DNA of 64,000 nt from Escherichia phage EJP2: the sequence record OQ411014.1; one strand, given 5' to 3'. Numbering within the stretch: the stretch's first letter is position 1; every line of letters starts with the position of its first letter. The notes beneath the pieces are model-generated. The model was not told the origin of the DNA, made no database searches, and worked only from the letters and a program-made list of their open reading frames with translations. Positions 1 through 8,788 of the stretch are shown piece by piece. The position numbers and the translations under genes are program-made.

Positions 1-447
1 GTACAGGATGTACTAACTCGTGACGCTTTCAAAATTCACAATATGATGTTCAATATAAAAGAAGTCGTACAGTGCTTATTTTATTGTTCAAAGACTATGC
101 ATGACTTCTTTCATTCGGACATGTGTGATATGTTTGTGTGCACTGTAAATCGGGATGAGTCCTTTATTATGGGTATGCCAATGTCCGTGAATGCAGAGTA
201 CAATGAGTGCGTACTTCGTAATAACCCAGGTTCCTCACCACAACGCGATTTGCACGTGAAGAAGAATACGTACTGCATCAAGGGTGATGATATCGTTATA
301 ATGTTCTTGACAAAAGGTTTCATTCTTGATAACTTTACTGTCAAAGAGAGTTATCATGATTTCAGAGTTCAAGAAGATAATCCAACCGTTATGATCTATG
401 CATCTGATATAGAGAGTTTAGCGATGGATAATCCAGGAGTGATGTAG
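1..447 (+). CDS. hypothetical protein, possibly truncated at window edge
   Basis: Frame is open from base 1; first ATG at 43 (ORF track 43..447); stop TAG 445-447 overlaps the GTG of the next small ORF. Confidence 0.5.
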   Translation, partial: VQDVLTRDAFKIHNMMFNIKEVVQCLFYCSKTMHDFFHSDMCDMFVCTVNRDESFIMGMPMSVNAEYNECVLRNNPGSSPQRDLHVKKNTYCIKGDDIVIMFLTKGFILDNFTVKESYHDFRVQEDNPTVMIYASDIESLAMDNPGVM

Positions 448-593
448 TGAAAAAGAAAAGCCAAACTAATGTACCGGATGTTCGTAACTTCGTACACAAA
501 CATATGGAAACATTCAGTAAAGCACAGACATTCGTTGACCGTAAAAAAGACCAACGCAATGGCAAAAGAAAACATAAAGGGCAAGACTGGTAA
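447..593 (+). CDS. small basic protein, 48 aa (below ORF-track cutoff)
   Basis: GTG start in taGTGa overlap with upstream stop; AGGAG 8 nt upstream; K/R-rich product (V/M)KKKSQTNVPDVRNFVHKHMETFSKAQTFVDRKKDQRNGKRKHKGQDW; hairpin plus T tract follows. Confidence 0.4.
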   Translation: MKKKSQTNVPDVRNFVHKHMETFSKAQTFVDRKKDQRNGKRKHKGQDW

Positions 594-606
594 GTCTGCC
601 CTCTTT
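579..606 (+). terminator. candidate intrinsic terminator
   Basis: GGGCA(A)GACT-ggta-AGTCTGCCC, 9-bp stem with one bulge, followed by TCTTTAATT. Confidence 0.35.
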
Positions 607-627
607 AATTAACAACGTGAGGTTATC

Positions 628-1524
628 ATGTTTCTGAATTTCAAAGAGTACAGCCTTAAAGAATACATTGAAATGTTCAGGGCGTTCTTTAAAGACCAAA
701 GTACAGTACTGCCCTTTGAATACTCAATTGATCGGGATTATGCCAGGACTCTTGGGTATATTATCATGCACGTAGGTGGCATGACGTTCTTGACTATTAA
801 AGATAATGGTCAGTTCTACGTTACTGAAGATGATAATATAACTTATAGTTACAATCCGAGTAAAAATTCTGAAAAAATCGTTACTCCACGTATAGACGTC
901 AATAAGTTCATTTGTCCTAAGACTCTAAAATCAGAAATCACTCACAAAGTTATAGTACTGAAGAATCGTACGCACGCTAATACCGGAAACTCTATAACTG
1001 TAATGGTCAAAGACAAATACGATTATACACGTTCAGCATATAAAAATAGTCCAATAAGTAATAAGTACAGTAGTGGAGTACATAAAACATTATGTATTGC
1101 ATCTAGAATGACTATTTCTGAATACTACGATGAAAGCGAAAGTACATGCATCCAAAGTTCTATTAATATTTGGAGTGATACTCTAGCGAATTGTTATAGT
1201 ATAACATTACATGAAAATCAAGGAAAATCTGTTGGTAAGATCGGTATGAGTACTTTGCATCCAAAAAACACCAGTCGCTTTACTATTGCAGATGATATTG
1301 TACAGTCTTTGCCTGATTTATCTTTGAGTCATCTCTTTAGTAATGAAGAAATTTATTTCAAATTACTATTGACACTAGAGCCTGAAGCGTGTAGACTATT
1401 CGAATTGATTCATACTGAAAGTATTGCACTTCTGAATGAAACAATAAATGACTGTACTCCATCGGAACGGAGTCCAGTACTGAGAGATGTAATAAGAAAC
1501 TTATCTATCAAGGAAGAGGGATAA
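628..1524 (+). CDS. hypothetical protein (298 aa)
   Basis: ORF track; GAGG RBS 6 nt upstream; no motif recognised. Confidence 0.7.
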   Translation: MFLNFKEYSLKEYIEMFRAFFKDQSTVLPFEYSIDRDYARTLGYIIMHVGGMTFLTIKDNGQFYVTEDDNITYSYNPSKNSEKIVTPRIDVNKFICPKTLKSEITHKVIVLKNRTHANTGNSITVMVKDKYDYTRSAYKNSPISNKYSSGVHKTLCIASRMTISEYYDESESTCIQSSINIWSDTLANCYSITLHENQGKSVGKIGMSTLHPKNTSRFTIADDIVQSLPDLSLSHLFSNEEIYFKLLLTLEPEACRLFELIHTESIALLNETINDCTPSERSPVLRDVIRNLSIKEEG

Positions 1525-1525
1525 T

Positions 1526-1828
1526 ATGTATAAACTTGCGTTCAAGGATGGAATTGCAAAATACGCAACAATGGGCAATCGTCGAGTTCCAAGGAATGCT
1601 GAAACGATAACTCACCCAGATGGGACTACTATCTACATTGTTACTGCTACTAATGAACGAATGGCTACTGAACAGATAGTACTCCAAAGTAAGTTCGACC
1701 AGTCCAAAGTAAGTGCTCCGTACTTGCATTATGCGTACACACAGGAGATACTGGATATGGAGAACCCTGATATGTTCATGTTAGTACTGTTTGAATATGA
1801 CGAATGGCATAAACAAATTTTGTATTAA
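1526..1828 (+). CDS. hypothetical protein (100 aa)
   Basis: ORF track; starts 2 nt after upstream stop; GAGGG RBS. Confidence 0.65.
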   Translation: MYKLAFKDGIAKYATMGNRRVPRNAETITHPDGTTIYIVTATNERMATEQIVLQSKFDQSKVSAPYLHYAYTQEILDMENPDMFMLVLFEYDEWHKQILY

Positions 1829-1845
1829 CAATCCAAAAGATTTAC

Positions 1846-1874
1846 TTGACATTGTATCTGCACTTTGATATAAT
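1846..1874 (+). promoter_or_regulatory. sigma70-type early promoter
   Basis: TTGACA (1846-1851), 17-nt spacer, TGaTATAAT (-10 hexamer 1869-1874). Confidence 0.75.
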
Positions 1875-1905
1875 AGATGCACTTTACTAATAAGAGGTTT
1901 TATAA

Positions 1906-2286
1906 ATGAGTACACCTTCCGCTATTCTAAAATCAATCACTGGCGTTCTACTAATTGAGAAGAACGGTGAAGACAAGTTAGTGTGTATTGAGGACTTACG
2001 TTCTTCCAAGCACTTCAGCATCGGTCAACTATTCAATGCCATTCGCGTACTAAACAACAAGACTGTTCAACAGTACGGTGCAAAGTGGCCTCGTTCTGAT
2101 GTAGGTACTGAATGTAGTAATGATTGGCTCGCACTGAAAGCAGCGTACAAGAATTCCAATTCAGATTATGAGTTCTTGATTGAAGTATGTAATCAACTAC
2201 AAGAAACAGTACCTGAAGTTGTTGAACGTGAAAAAGTACTGAAACAATTAGAGAAGTTTCGTCACGGTACTCTAGTACTAGAATAA
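1906..2286 (+). CDS. hypothetical protein (126 aa), first gene after a strong promoter
   Basis: ORF track; GAGG RBS; consensus promoter 30 nt upstream. Confidence 0.75.
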   Translation: MSTPSAILKSITGVLLIEKNGEDKLVCIEDLRSSKHFSIGQLFNAIRVLNNKTVQQYGAKWPRSDVGTECSNDWLALKAAYKNSNSDYEFLIEVCNQLQETVPEVVEREKVLKQLEKFRHGTLVLE

Positions 2287-2356
2287 TATAAAATCTTTTG
2301 TTATAAACTAATCAATTCAAATCAAAAAAAATTATACGGATATAAGGAATACTAAA

Positions 2357-2683
2357 ATGGAAAATACTAAATTTGATATGTTTGCATCCCTAGAAGAACG
2401 CGAATTCGAAGTAGAAGAAGTACAAACTCTAGATGAGTCTGATATTGAACTACTAACCGCATCTGAAGATGAAGCAGAAGAAGTTGAAAAGAAACGTCCT
2501 GGTATGAACCGCATTTCTCGCAGTACTGAAGAGTACAATGAAATGATTGAAAGTTCACACTACGAAACTCTAACTCATCCTGTAAGTGGTGTTGAGTACT
2601 CTGTGAAAGTAACTGTCTTCAAACCTGAAGTGAACCCACAAGAGAATATGCGTCCTGCATACGCTTACAGTACTAACCACTAA
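2357..2683 (+). CDS. acidic hypothetical protein (108 aa)
   Basis: ORF track; AAGGA RBS; E/D-rich N-terminal half. Confidence 0.7.
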   Translation: MENTKFDMFASLEEREFEVEEVQTLDESDIELLTASEDEAEEVEKKRPGMNRISRSTEEYNEMIESSHYETLTHPVSGVEYSVKVTVFKPEVNPQENMRPAYAYSTNH

Positions 2684-2692
2684 GGGTATAAA

Positions 2693-3010
2693 ATGATTTA
2701 TGAAAGTGAAATAATTTATTTCGGAATTGGGATTCTTATTGCAGTAGTAGTGTACATTATGGTTATAGTTGCAGTGTTTCGATATGCATTTGCATTGAGT
2801 ACACGCAATAATGTTGATATCGATAACTATAATGTTGCACCTGGGCTACCGTTACTAGGGTCAGAAGACTTTCCGTGGATACTGACAGCGTTACTAAGTT
2901 TAGGTGGGTATTTTTTAGGACTTCAGTTAGTCATTATCGCATGGCCTCTAATGATATTCGTAATAATTCAGGTAATTATTTCATATTCTAGAAAGAAAAA
3001 CTTTTCATAA
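2693..3010 (+). CDS. small membrane protein (105 aa)
   Basis: Two or three long hydrophobic segments (IIYFGIGILIAVVVYIMVIVAVF, ILTALLSLGGYFLGLQLVIIAWPLMIFVIIQVII). Confidence 0.7.
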   Translation: MIYESEIIYFGIGILIAVVVYIMVIVAVFRYAFALSTRNNVDIDNYNVAPGLPLLGSEDFPWILTALLSLGGYFLGLQLVIIAWPLMIFVIIQVIISYSRKKNFS

Positions 3011-3017
3011 TCAAATT

Positions 3018-3048
3018 AGCACGGTACAATGTATCGTGCTATTTTTTT
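3018..3048 (+). terminator. intrinsic terminator
   Basis: AGCACG-loop-CGTGCT followed by a T7 run. Confidence 0.7.
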
Positions 3049-3068
3049 AACTAAACGAAGGAGAAGCA

Positions 3069-3866
3069 ATGAGAATCAAAGATATCAAAGATTACTCTCA
3101 TGCGACGAGAGCAGAAATCATCAGTATAGCCAAAAGCATACATCCACAATTACTGAACATCATCCAGTACCGAAGCCTTCAGGACGAATCCCTGTGTGAT
3201 AATCGTCTTACTGATATGTTCAATGAACAATTGCGTTCTAAAATCGATGCATATAAAATGCAGATGAAAGCAATGCGTACTCAGTACTTAGTAGAGTTCT
3301 TCGAGGATTATCTTCTTCTCGATGAAGGTTCTCCGTACGAGCACGACATGTACTATGGAATCGATTTGAACACAGGTAAGAAGCTCTCTAAGGCTTCGGA
3401 CTTCACTAACCCTACGTACGATGTGATTTATGTTCCAGAGGTTCAGAACGTCGTTGAGTGCGTTAATGCTATGCATACGTCTCATACTGACATTCGTCCG
3501 TTCTGGAATAAGAATTCATACACGATGTACAGTACTACAGAGCAGCATCACATCTATCCGTGCAAGAACGCAGAAGAGTTCATCAAGAGTGCACGTAAAC
3601 AATTCAGTACTTTACCTCATGAAAATGCTATCATGGATTTAGTTAGTACTGCTGCTAAGGTTCGGGACTTTGATTACCCACTACACTTCGCTGCGTTATC
3701 GTCTGGTGATGAGCGTTCGGTATATAGCAGTACTGTAATGAAATCCATTCAACGTCATCAAATCTTACGTGACTTCTTAGAAAGTGTTTACAGTCCTGAT
3801 GAAGTGTACTATACTAGTTCAGTTACAGAAGATGGGACATACAAGTTCTTTCCAAGCAATTACTAA
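3069..3866 (+). CDS. hypothetical protein (265 aa)
   Basis: ORF track; AGGAG RBS. Confidence 0.7.
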   Translation: MRIKDIKDYSHATRAEIISIAKSIHPQLLNIIQYRSLQDESLCDNRLTDMFNEQLRSKIDAYKMQMKAMRTQYLVEFFEDYLLLDEGSPYEHDMYYGIDLNTGKKLSKASDFTNPTYDVIYVPEVQNVVECVNAMHTSHTDIRPFWNKNSYTMYSTTEQHHIYPCKNAEEFIKSARKQFSTLPHENAIMDLVSTAAKVRDFDYPLHFAALSSGDERSVYSSTVMKSIQRHQILRDFLESVYSPDEVYYTSSVTEDGTYKFFPSNY

Positions 3867-3878
3867 CGAGGATATATA

Positions 3879-4736
3879 ATGCGTTTGAGATTGGTTATTT
3901 CCAGTGCAGATGATCAGTTGTGGGTTAGGCCAGCGGACAGTACTAGACGTGTTCGTCTACCATCAGTTCATGGTCATACCTTTATTGTTGAGAACAAACA
4001 ATCAACATTAGAAGAAGCCTTTCGTCTATTCATTGGTGATTATGAATGTAAGCCATTCAATGACTATCATTGCACTTATGAAGTTGTTGATATTCCTGAT
4101 GAGTACATGTTCCAGTTGGCACTATTAGGCGTTCATGAGATGGACTTCCTTGTGTACAATAACGTCACTAAGAAAATGGCAATTTGTTCAGCAGTACATT
4201 TGGCTGTTGAATATACAATGGCAACTAATTCCAAGGTAGGTTATAACCAATCTTCTTATCGTAATAGTACTGCTACTACTAACGATGTTGTATTCCAGTG
4301 GGAGTACAAAAGTGACGAGTGGAAGACTAAGAACGATGATGTTACTGTTCATACAGTACTGGATAGTACTTATGATAATATCTATCAGTACATTGAGCCT
4401 AACCTAATGGAATGGGCTTGTAGGATGTACAGTAACATTGCTGATACTTTACGTCCTAGAGTTTATGGGTTCAAGAACTGGAAAAGTAAGATTGATACAT
4501 CTGATGAACCAGTAGCGTATGAAAAGTCCTACCCGTACTATAACTTCAGTGATTTATATTTCCTGTTCAATCAGTACTGCAACGATGAAGCGATGTTTTT
4601 GTACGCACAGGATGTAATCTCCGATTCAGCAATTGAGATATTGCGTGAACTGTACTGTCATTGTCAGTTTATCAGTACTAACATTCAGGTCGGCAAGGAT
4701 TACATAAAATTCTGTGATGAAAGAAGATCACGATAA
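3879..4736 (+). CDS. hypothetical protein (285 aa)
   Basis: ORF track; GAGGA RBS. Confidence 0.7.
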   Translation: MRLRLVISSADDQLWVRPADSTRRVRLPSVHGHTFIVENKQSTLEEAFRLFIGDYECKPFNDYHCTYEVVDIPDEYMFQLALLGVHEMDFLVYNNVTKKMAICSAVHLAVEYTMATNSKVGYNQSSYRNSTATTNDVVFQWEYKSDEWKTKNDDVTVHTVLDSTYDNIYQYIEPNLMEWACRMYSNIADTLRPRVYGFKNWKSKIDTSDEPVAYEKSYPYYNFSDLYFLFNQYCNDEAMFLYAQDVISDSAIEILRELYCHCQFISTNIQVGKDYIKFCDERRSR

Positions 4737-4737
4737 T

Positions 4738-4767
4738 TTGAGCATTCATAAAAAAATGTGATATAAT
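4738..4767 (+). promoter_or_regulatory. sigma70-type promoter driving RNA locus A
   Basis: TTGAGC (4738-4743), 18-nt spacer, TGTGaTATAAT (-10 hexamer 4762-4767); same architecture as the promoter at 58672. Confidence 0.65.
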
Positions 4768-4773
4768 TAGTAC

Positions 4774-5312
4774 TACGGATGGTTAGCTATCCGTATTTTA
4801 AATTTGAATGACCAGTACTACATACTGGTACGTTTTAACCCTGATTCACTCGAAAATGTAGAGGACAGTTGAGTACGCATTCAAGTACGTTCAGCAGAAG
4901 AAACCCGTTAGGTGTAGGCATAGTTTGTACCTCCCACGGCAATGTGGCTGATTAAACCATGAAGAGTAATACGATGACTCATGGCTTGCTTATGGCATGA
5001 TAGACATATAAGGATCGCTCCTTACCAAAATGTATAAGGGAATCTTATAAATTTTTGTAGGACTGATTAGAGGCTTACCCTTGATCCGTCCAAAATTTGA
5101 AGATACAGTACAGTACTGTTTATGTGGTAATGTATTGATGCGTGCTAAGACCACGACCGTTGCATAGAAACGCGATAGGAAGAAACAGGGCAACCCGCTT
5201 CCGTTCTTAATAGAAATTCGTAACATAAAATGATGACACATACCAGCGTCAAACTTTGTTCTTCCCTCCCTGTGGGGGGATGAAAATGAATCTACAAAAC
5301 CTCGTCAAATAA
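4774..5312 (+). ncRNA. candidate novel structured ncRNA, copy A (ends approximate)
   Basis: About 740 nt without a credible ORF and GC-richer than the flanks. Shares ordered blocks with 58708-59229, e.g. CCTGATYCACTCGAAAATGTAGAGGRCAG at 27/29 identity, GAAACCCGT, CACGACCGTTG, TACCAGCGTCA, CCCTCCC-tgt-GGGGGGA and ACCTCGTCAA. Hairpin GGAAG-15 nt-CTTCC (5178-5202) covaries with GCTGG-15 nt-CCAGC in copy B. Confidence 0.6.
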
Positions 5313-5324
5313 TAATAAGAAAGT

Positions 5325-5456
5325 ACTAAATCAATTAGAACGAACGCTAGTGAGTGATAATTGATTTAGTAACAGTAACGCTTCGCTAGAAGTGTTACTC
5401 GTTGTTTAAGAATAAAATAACTTAGTGAGTTTTGGTTCTTTTGTTGTTCACTAAGT
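5325..5456 (+). other. three strong stem-loops between RNA locus A and the next gene
   Basis: 12-bp stem 5325-5336/5359-5370; about 11-bp stem 5374-5399 with a GCTA loop; 9-bp stem 5420-5428/5448-5456; none followed by a U tract. Confidence 0.5.
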
Positions 5457-5476
5457 CCCTATAGAGAGAATATTAG

Positions 5477-5998
5477 ATGCCAGTGAAATATAAATCCCTT
5501 GATGGTGTTGTGAAGTACAAAGATCAAATGACTGAACAGGAATTACAAGAGTTCAGTGGGTACAAAATCGAGGGCAGTGCGGCACGTATTTCATACATTG
5601 AAGAGTACAAAGACGGAGATTTACTAGGGAAAATTATCCTTAGAATGACAAAAGCCCCAATCATATTTCGGGTAGTATACAAGGGATATAATGAAATTCG
5701 GTACAATACTGGAAGTGTTTCATCTAGATATTGCAGTAATGGTGATGTTTTTTGTGGTGAAATGCTGAGATATGATATGAATGGGAAGCTACAGGTTCGG
5801 GACTTTTTGAATCTAGGCAAGAACGTAACTGATGATATTGTTACTGAATTTGGTATCTCTGATATACTACAGCATGAATTTACAGAAGAAGAGTTATTCC
5901 GACTCTATATGAAATACGATTCAGGATTTAGATTCGTATCGGAATATAATAGAACTCCTGAACACTTCGATTCAGTACTGAAGGCGTGTTTGGAATAA
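5477..5998 (+). CDS. hypothetical protein (173 aa)
   Basis: ORF track; weak RBS. Confidence 0.65.
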   Translation: MPVKYKSLDGVVKYKDQMTEQELQEFSGYKIEGSAARISYIEEYKDGDLLGKIILRMTKAPIIFRVVYKGYNEIRYNTGSVSSRYCSNGDVFCGEMLRYDMNGKLQVRDFLNLGKNVTDDIVTEFGISDILQHEFTEEELFRLYMKYDSGFRFVSEYNRTPEHFDSVLKACLE

Positions 5999-6013
5999 TA
6001 GGATATACAATTC

Positions 6014-6532
6014 ATGGATGATAAAAAATCAAAGATGGATATACACTTTTCATCTAAAGCTCAAACTTGGAATACTCCAAGAGATTTATGGAATAAAATA
6101 AATGCAGTATGGAAGTTCACTCTAGATGCTGCGTGTTTAGAAAATAGTGCCTTGTGCGAAAAGTACTTCACTCCTGAAGACGATTCATTAGAACAGGACT
6201 GGGGTGATAACATAGTATGGCTTAACCCACCCTATAACGACCTCAAGACTTGGCTATCGAAGGCAGTACAGGAATATAAGAAAGGCTCTACAGTTGTCAT
6301 TCTGGTCCCTTCTAGGACGGATACAAAGGCATTCCAGGACTATGCTTCTAAAGAATGTTCGTGTATTTGTTTTATTAAGGGAAGACTCAAGTTCTTTGAT
6401 CCAGCTAGACCACCTGATGCGAGGGCAGACCCAGCACCATTCCCTAGCTGTTTGATAGTACTGGATGATGATCTTACACAAGAGAAAATCGATTTTCTAA
6501 AAACTCTAGGTCAGGTAATGAAGAATGTCTAA
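6014..6532 (+). CDS. DNA N6-adenine methyltransferase (phage Dam-type)
   Basis: HFSSKAQTWNTPRDLW N-terminus, catalytic NPPY (VWLNPPYND), LVPSRTDT, RLKF, APFPS; pattern of the phage N6A methylase family. Confidence 0.85.
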   Translation: MDDKKSKMDIHFSSKAQTWNTPRDLWNKINAVWKFTLDAACLENSALCEKYFTPEDDSLEQDWGDNIVWLNPPYNDLKTWLSKAVQEYKKGSTVVILVPSRTDTKAFQDYASKECSCICFIKGRLKFFDPARPPDARADPAPFPSCLIVLDDDLTQEKIDFLKTLGQVMKNV

Positions 6533-7064
6533 ACGCTGTGTCTTTATGTTCGGCAGAATGAACCCGTGCCACCTCGGACACGGGAAAGTATTTGAAAAAG
6601 CACTACAACTAAAGGATAATGAAACTGATGTGAAGTTGTTCCTTAGTGCTTCGTTTGATCCTAAAAAGAATCCACTACCAAGAGAAGTTCGTCAGTACTA
6701 CATATCTGAGTTCTTCCCTGAAATAAAAGATTCTATACAAGATACAAACATAAACAATTTATTTGATATAATGAAATCACTTGATACTTATTATAGTGAT
6801 GTAATATTCGTAGGTGGTTCAGACAGGGCGAGTTCCTTCCAAGAACTACTACTGAAGTACAATAACAAACAGTACTCATTCGATTCTATCAGTACTGTAC
6901 TAGCTGGAACATCAAGAGAAGAATCTATGTTCAGTTCTACTCTAATGCGTAATGCAGTACAGAAGGACGATTTCAGTACTTTCAAGATATGTCTCCCTGG
7001 GGATAATGAATACTTGAAGTACGATATGTTCGCTGGTGTAAAGAAGTACATGAAAAATATTTGA
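6525..7064 (+). CDS. HxGH-motif nucleotidyltransferase (cytidylyl/adenylyltransferase family)
   Basis: N-terminal FGRMNPCHLGHGKVFEKAL, i.e. the (H/T)xGH signature; substrate unknown. Confidence 0.55.
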   Translation: MSKRCVFMFGRMNPCHLGHGKVFEKALQLKDNETDVKLFLSASFDPKKNPLPREVRQYYISEFFPEIKDSIQDTNINNLFDIMKSLDTYYSDVIFVGGSDRASSFQELLLKYNNKQYSFDSISTVLAGTSREESMFSSTLMRNAVQKDDFSTFKICLPGDNEYLKYDMFAGVKKYMKNI

Positions 7065-7089
7065 CACCTATCTATAGCCATGATACTAT
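7061..7089 (+). promoter_or_regulatory. sigma70-type promoter
   Basis: TTGACA (7061-7066), 17-nt spacer, TGaTACTAT (7084-7089), ahead of ATG 7124. Confidence 0.55.
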
Positions 7090-7123
7090 ATGTACATGGC
7101 TATTTCTATATGAAGGTACTATA

Positions 7124-7678
7124 ATGAAAGCAAAAGATCTGTTTGATATGGTTCACTCCAATCGTAAGCACCAATTGAATATTAATAGATCATTCAAGTT
7201 TGGTCACATGGATGTTACATATATAAAGTCATTTGGTTCTGATTTATTCTTGGTTGAGCTTGCTCAAGCTGGTAAATCTAAACGAGTATGTGAAATAATC
7301 TATTGTCCTCTCGAAGAAGAAAATGATACTTATGTTCCAGTTAAAGTATTTGATACTAAAGTCAAATTATCCAAGACTGAAATTGAGTTTGGTTTTCCGG
7401 TGGATGAAAAATTGAAGGATACAATTCGGTTTGTTCCGACTGATTTCAAAACTCCAGCATTTGATATAGACTTCAGTACTGAAGAATCGGCTTCACAAGC
7501 TATGTTCATTCATGATTTCGACCCCAAGAACTGTGAGTACCTAATGGCGGCTACACGTGCATTACAAGAAGTGTACCACCAGCCTGGATATGGGTACATG
7601 ATTATTTCGAGTACTTCTCCGGCATTACTGTGTGATGTACTAGGGATTGAAGTCCAAGTAGGAGTATACAATGCGTGA
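7124..7678 (+). CDS. FQAS-motif paralogue family member
   Basis: Start moved from 7061 (TTG, inside the promoter) to ATG 7124, giving MKAKDLFDMV; C-terminal motif EESASQAMFIHDFDPKNCEYL. Confidence 0.7.
   Translation: MKAKDLFDMVHSNRKHQLNINRSFKFGHMDVTYIKSFGSDLFLVELAQAGKSKRVCEIIYCPLEEENDTYVPVKVFDTKVKLSKTEIEFGFPVDEKLKDTIRFVPTDFKTPAFDIDFSTEESASQAMFIHDFDPKNCEYLMAATRALQEVYHQPGYGYMIISSTSPALLCDVLGIEVQVGVYNA
7471..7484. repeat. example of the over-represented AGTACT palindrome (14-bp perfect palindrome)
   Basis: CTTCAGTACTGAAG; one of several hundred AGTACT-centred sites (27 counted by hand in bases 1-6000). Confidence 0.9.
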
Positions 7679-8222
7679 TAAAGTTCAACACATATTGAAT
7701 TGTATGCAGAAGAAAGTTCACGTTCAGAATGATGTACTTGATATGCAAGTATATACAATTCTATCTTCAGAAGATGGCGTGTTTAGTTCAACTATTCGAT
7801 GCCGCAATAAAAATAGCGGTTCCTTTACTATTATGCTAAGGAAGAAGACTGAAATGATTACTGCTCCTAGTTCAGTACTGGGACAAAACGACACATACAA
7901 TACAGTTTACACTTCTCTTGCAATGAAGATGGCAATCTTCTGTACGCATGGTAATCCCCTACACATTGTTCGTGGGGATAGTACAATAGGTGATGATGTC
8001 GTTCAGGATTTGAGTGACGAAGGTTTCTTTCGCTTGTTATTGGCAGTTGACCCGAAGTATAATATCGATATAGATGGGTACAAGCAGGTTCTTGAAATGA
8101 TTTATGCATTCGAAGAAGTAGTACCTGAAGATTGGACTATTGTTATTAGCTCACCATTAGATAATTTACATTCAATAGATGTTGATTCTATCTATTCAGT
8201 ACTGAAGGATGTCGTAGTATGA
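7671..8222 (+). CDS. FQAS-motif family member (divergent)
   Basis: 8-nt overlap with upstream gene; SDEGFFRLLLAVDPKYNIDIDGY sits where the family motif occurs. Confidence 0.65.
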   Translation: MRDKVQHILNCMQKKVHVQNDVLDMQVYTILSSEDGVFSSTIRCRNKNSGSFTIMLRKKTEMITAPSSVLGQNDTYNTVYTSLAMKMAIFCTHGNPLHIVRGDSTIGDDVVQDLSDEGFFRLLLAVDPKYNIDIDGYKQVLEMIYAFEEVVPEDWTIVISSPLDNLHSIDVDSIYSVLKDVVV

Positions 8223-8788
8223 ATGCCGCAGAGTTTGTTAGAGCACTTGTTGGTTTAGCTAAAGTGAAAACTTATAGAGGAAATATCACTAAATCAAATT
8301 CGCATTTTGTTCCACGTAATGGTCGTGAACATCTATTCGTTGATTCATTACTCATCAAGGGTATCGATGCATATGAAGAAATATACATTTCTATAGATAT
8401 GTGTGATGGATTCTTGAATTCCATTGCAGTTCATACAAGAAATAGATATACTCATTTCTCTATGTACAGAAAAACGGCATACACAGAGTATGATAAGTAC
8501 GCAATGGAAGAAACCTCCCCAGGGCGTTTCCTTATGCTTTTTCACAATGAAATTACCGAGCGTGATTTAATCATGAATCACAAGGGTGAATTTATTGTGC
8601 ACATGGACAATGAAAGTGAAGTGTTCAGTACTTTATTAGTACATAACTTCGATATAGAAAAGTACAGAGAAATTCATGAAACCTATAAGTGCATTGATGA
8701 ACTTAAAACTGACCTCTCATTCAGTACATATGATACTAATTGTGGTCTGAATTTCGCAGCACTATATCAAATTATATGGAAGGCATAA
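8219..8788 (+). CDS. FQAS-motif family member
   Basis: ATGA overlap; motif ESEVFSTLLVHNFDIEKYREI. Confidence 0.7.
   Translation: MNAAEFVRALVGLAKVKTYRGNITKSNSHFVPRNGREHLFVDSLLIKGIDAYEEIYISIDMCDGFLNSIAVHTRNRYTHFSMYRKTAYTEYDKYAMEETSPGRFLMLFHNEITERDLIMNHKGEFIVHMDNESEVFSTLLVHNFDIEKYREIHETYKCIDELKTDLSFSTYDTNCGLNFAALYQIIWKA

Noticed and set aside
4840-4856. Hammerhead-like string CTGATTCACTCGAAA
   Set aside because: The catalytic core requires CUGANGA followed by stem II and GAAA. Here the G8 and A9 positions are not satisfied, and no stem II can be drawn.
4840-4910. Resemblance of CCTGATTCACTCGA...GAAACCC..AGGTG to the tmRNA 5' region (GCUGAUUCUGGAUUCGAC...GAAACCCAAGGUG), and of AACAGGGCAACCCGCUU / GGGAAAGAUCCGUCC to the RNase P CR-V / CR-I strings
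   Set aside because: There is no T-arm (GTTCRANYC), no acceptor stem with a 3' CCA context and no tag ORF ending in a stop after Ala-Ala. The RNase P AGGAAAGUCC core is also absent, and copy A lacks the GGAAAG string altogether. The similarity is confined to short strings, so I treat the resemblance as coincidental until a covariance-model search says otherwise.
4990-5241. An 83-aa minus-strand ORF inside RNA locus A, and the 66-aa plus-strand ORF 59028-59228 inside locus B
   Set aside because: They lie on opposite strands in the two paralogous loci. The conserved blocks shared by the loci are separated by indels that are not multiples of three. Neither ORF has an RBS. The conservation pattern fits RNA rather than protein.
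4737-5476. Group I or group II intron as an explanation for the two long non-coding gaps
   Set aside because: The flanking ORFs are complete, with their own stops, RBSs and starts, and are unrelated to each other. No split exon pair is present. No homing endonuclease, reverse transcriptase or domain V-like sequence was seen, and each gap begins with its own promoter.
6014-6532. Assigning AGTACT as the target site of the Dam-type methyltransferase
   Set aside because: The sequence gives no evidence about specificity, and this family commonly targets GATC or other sites. I kept the idea only as a testable hypothesis under the motif finding.
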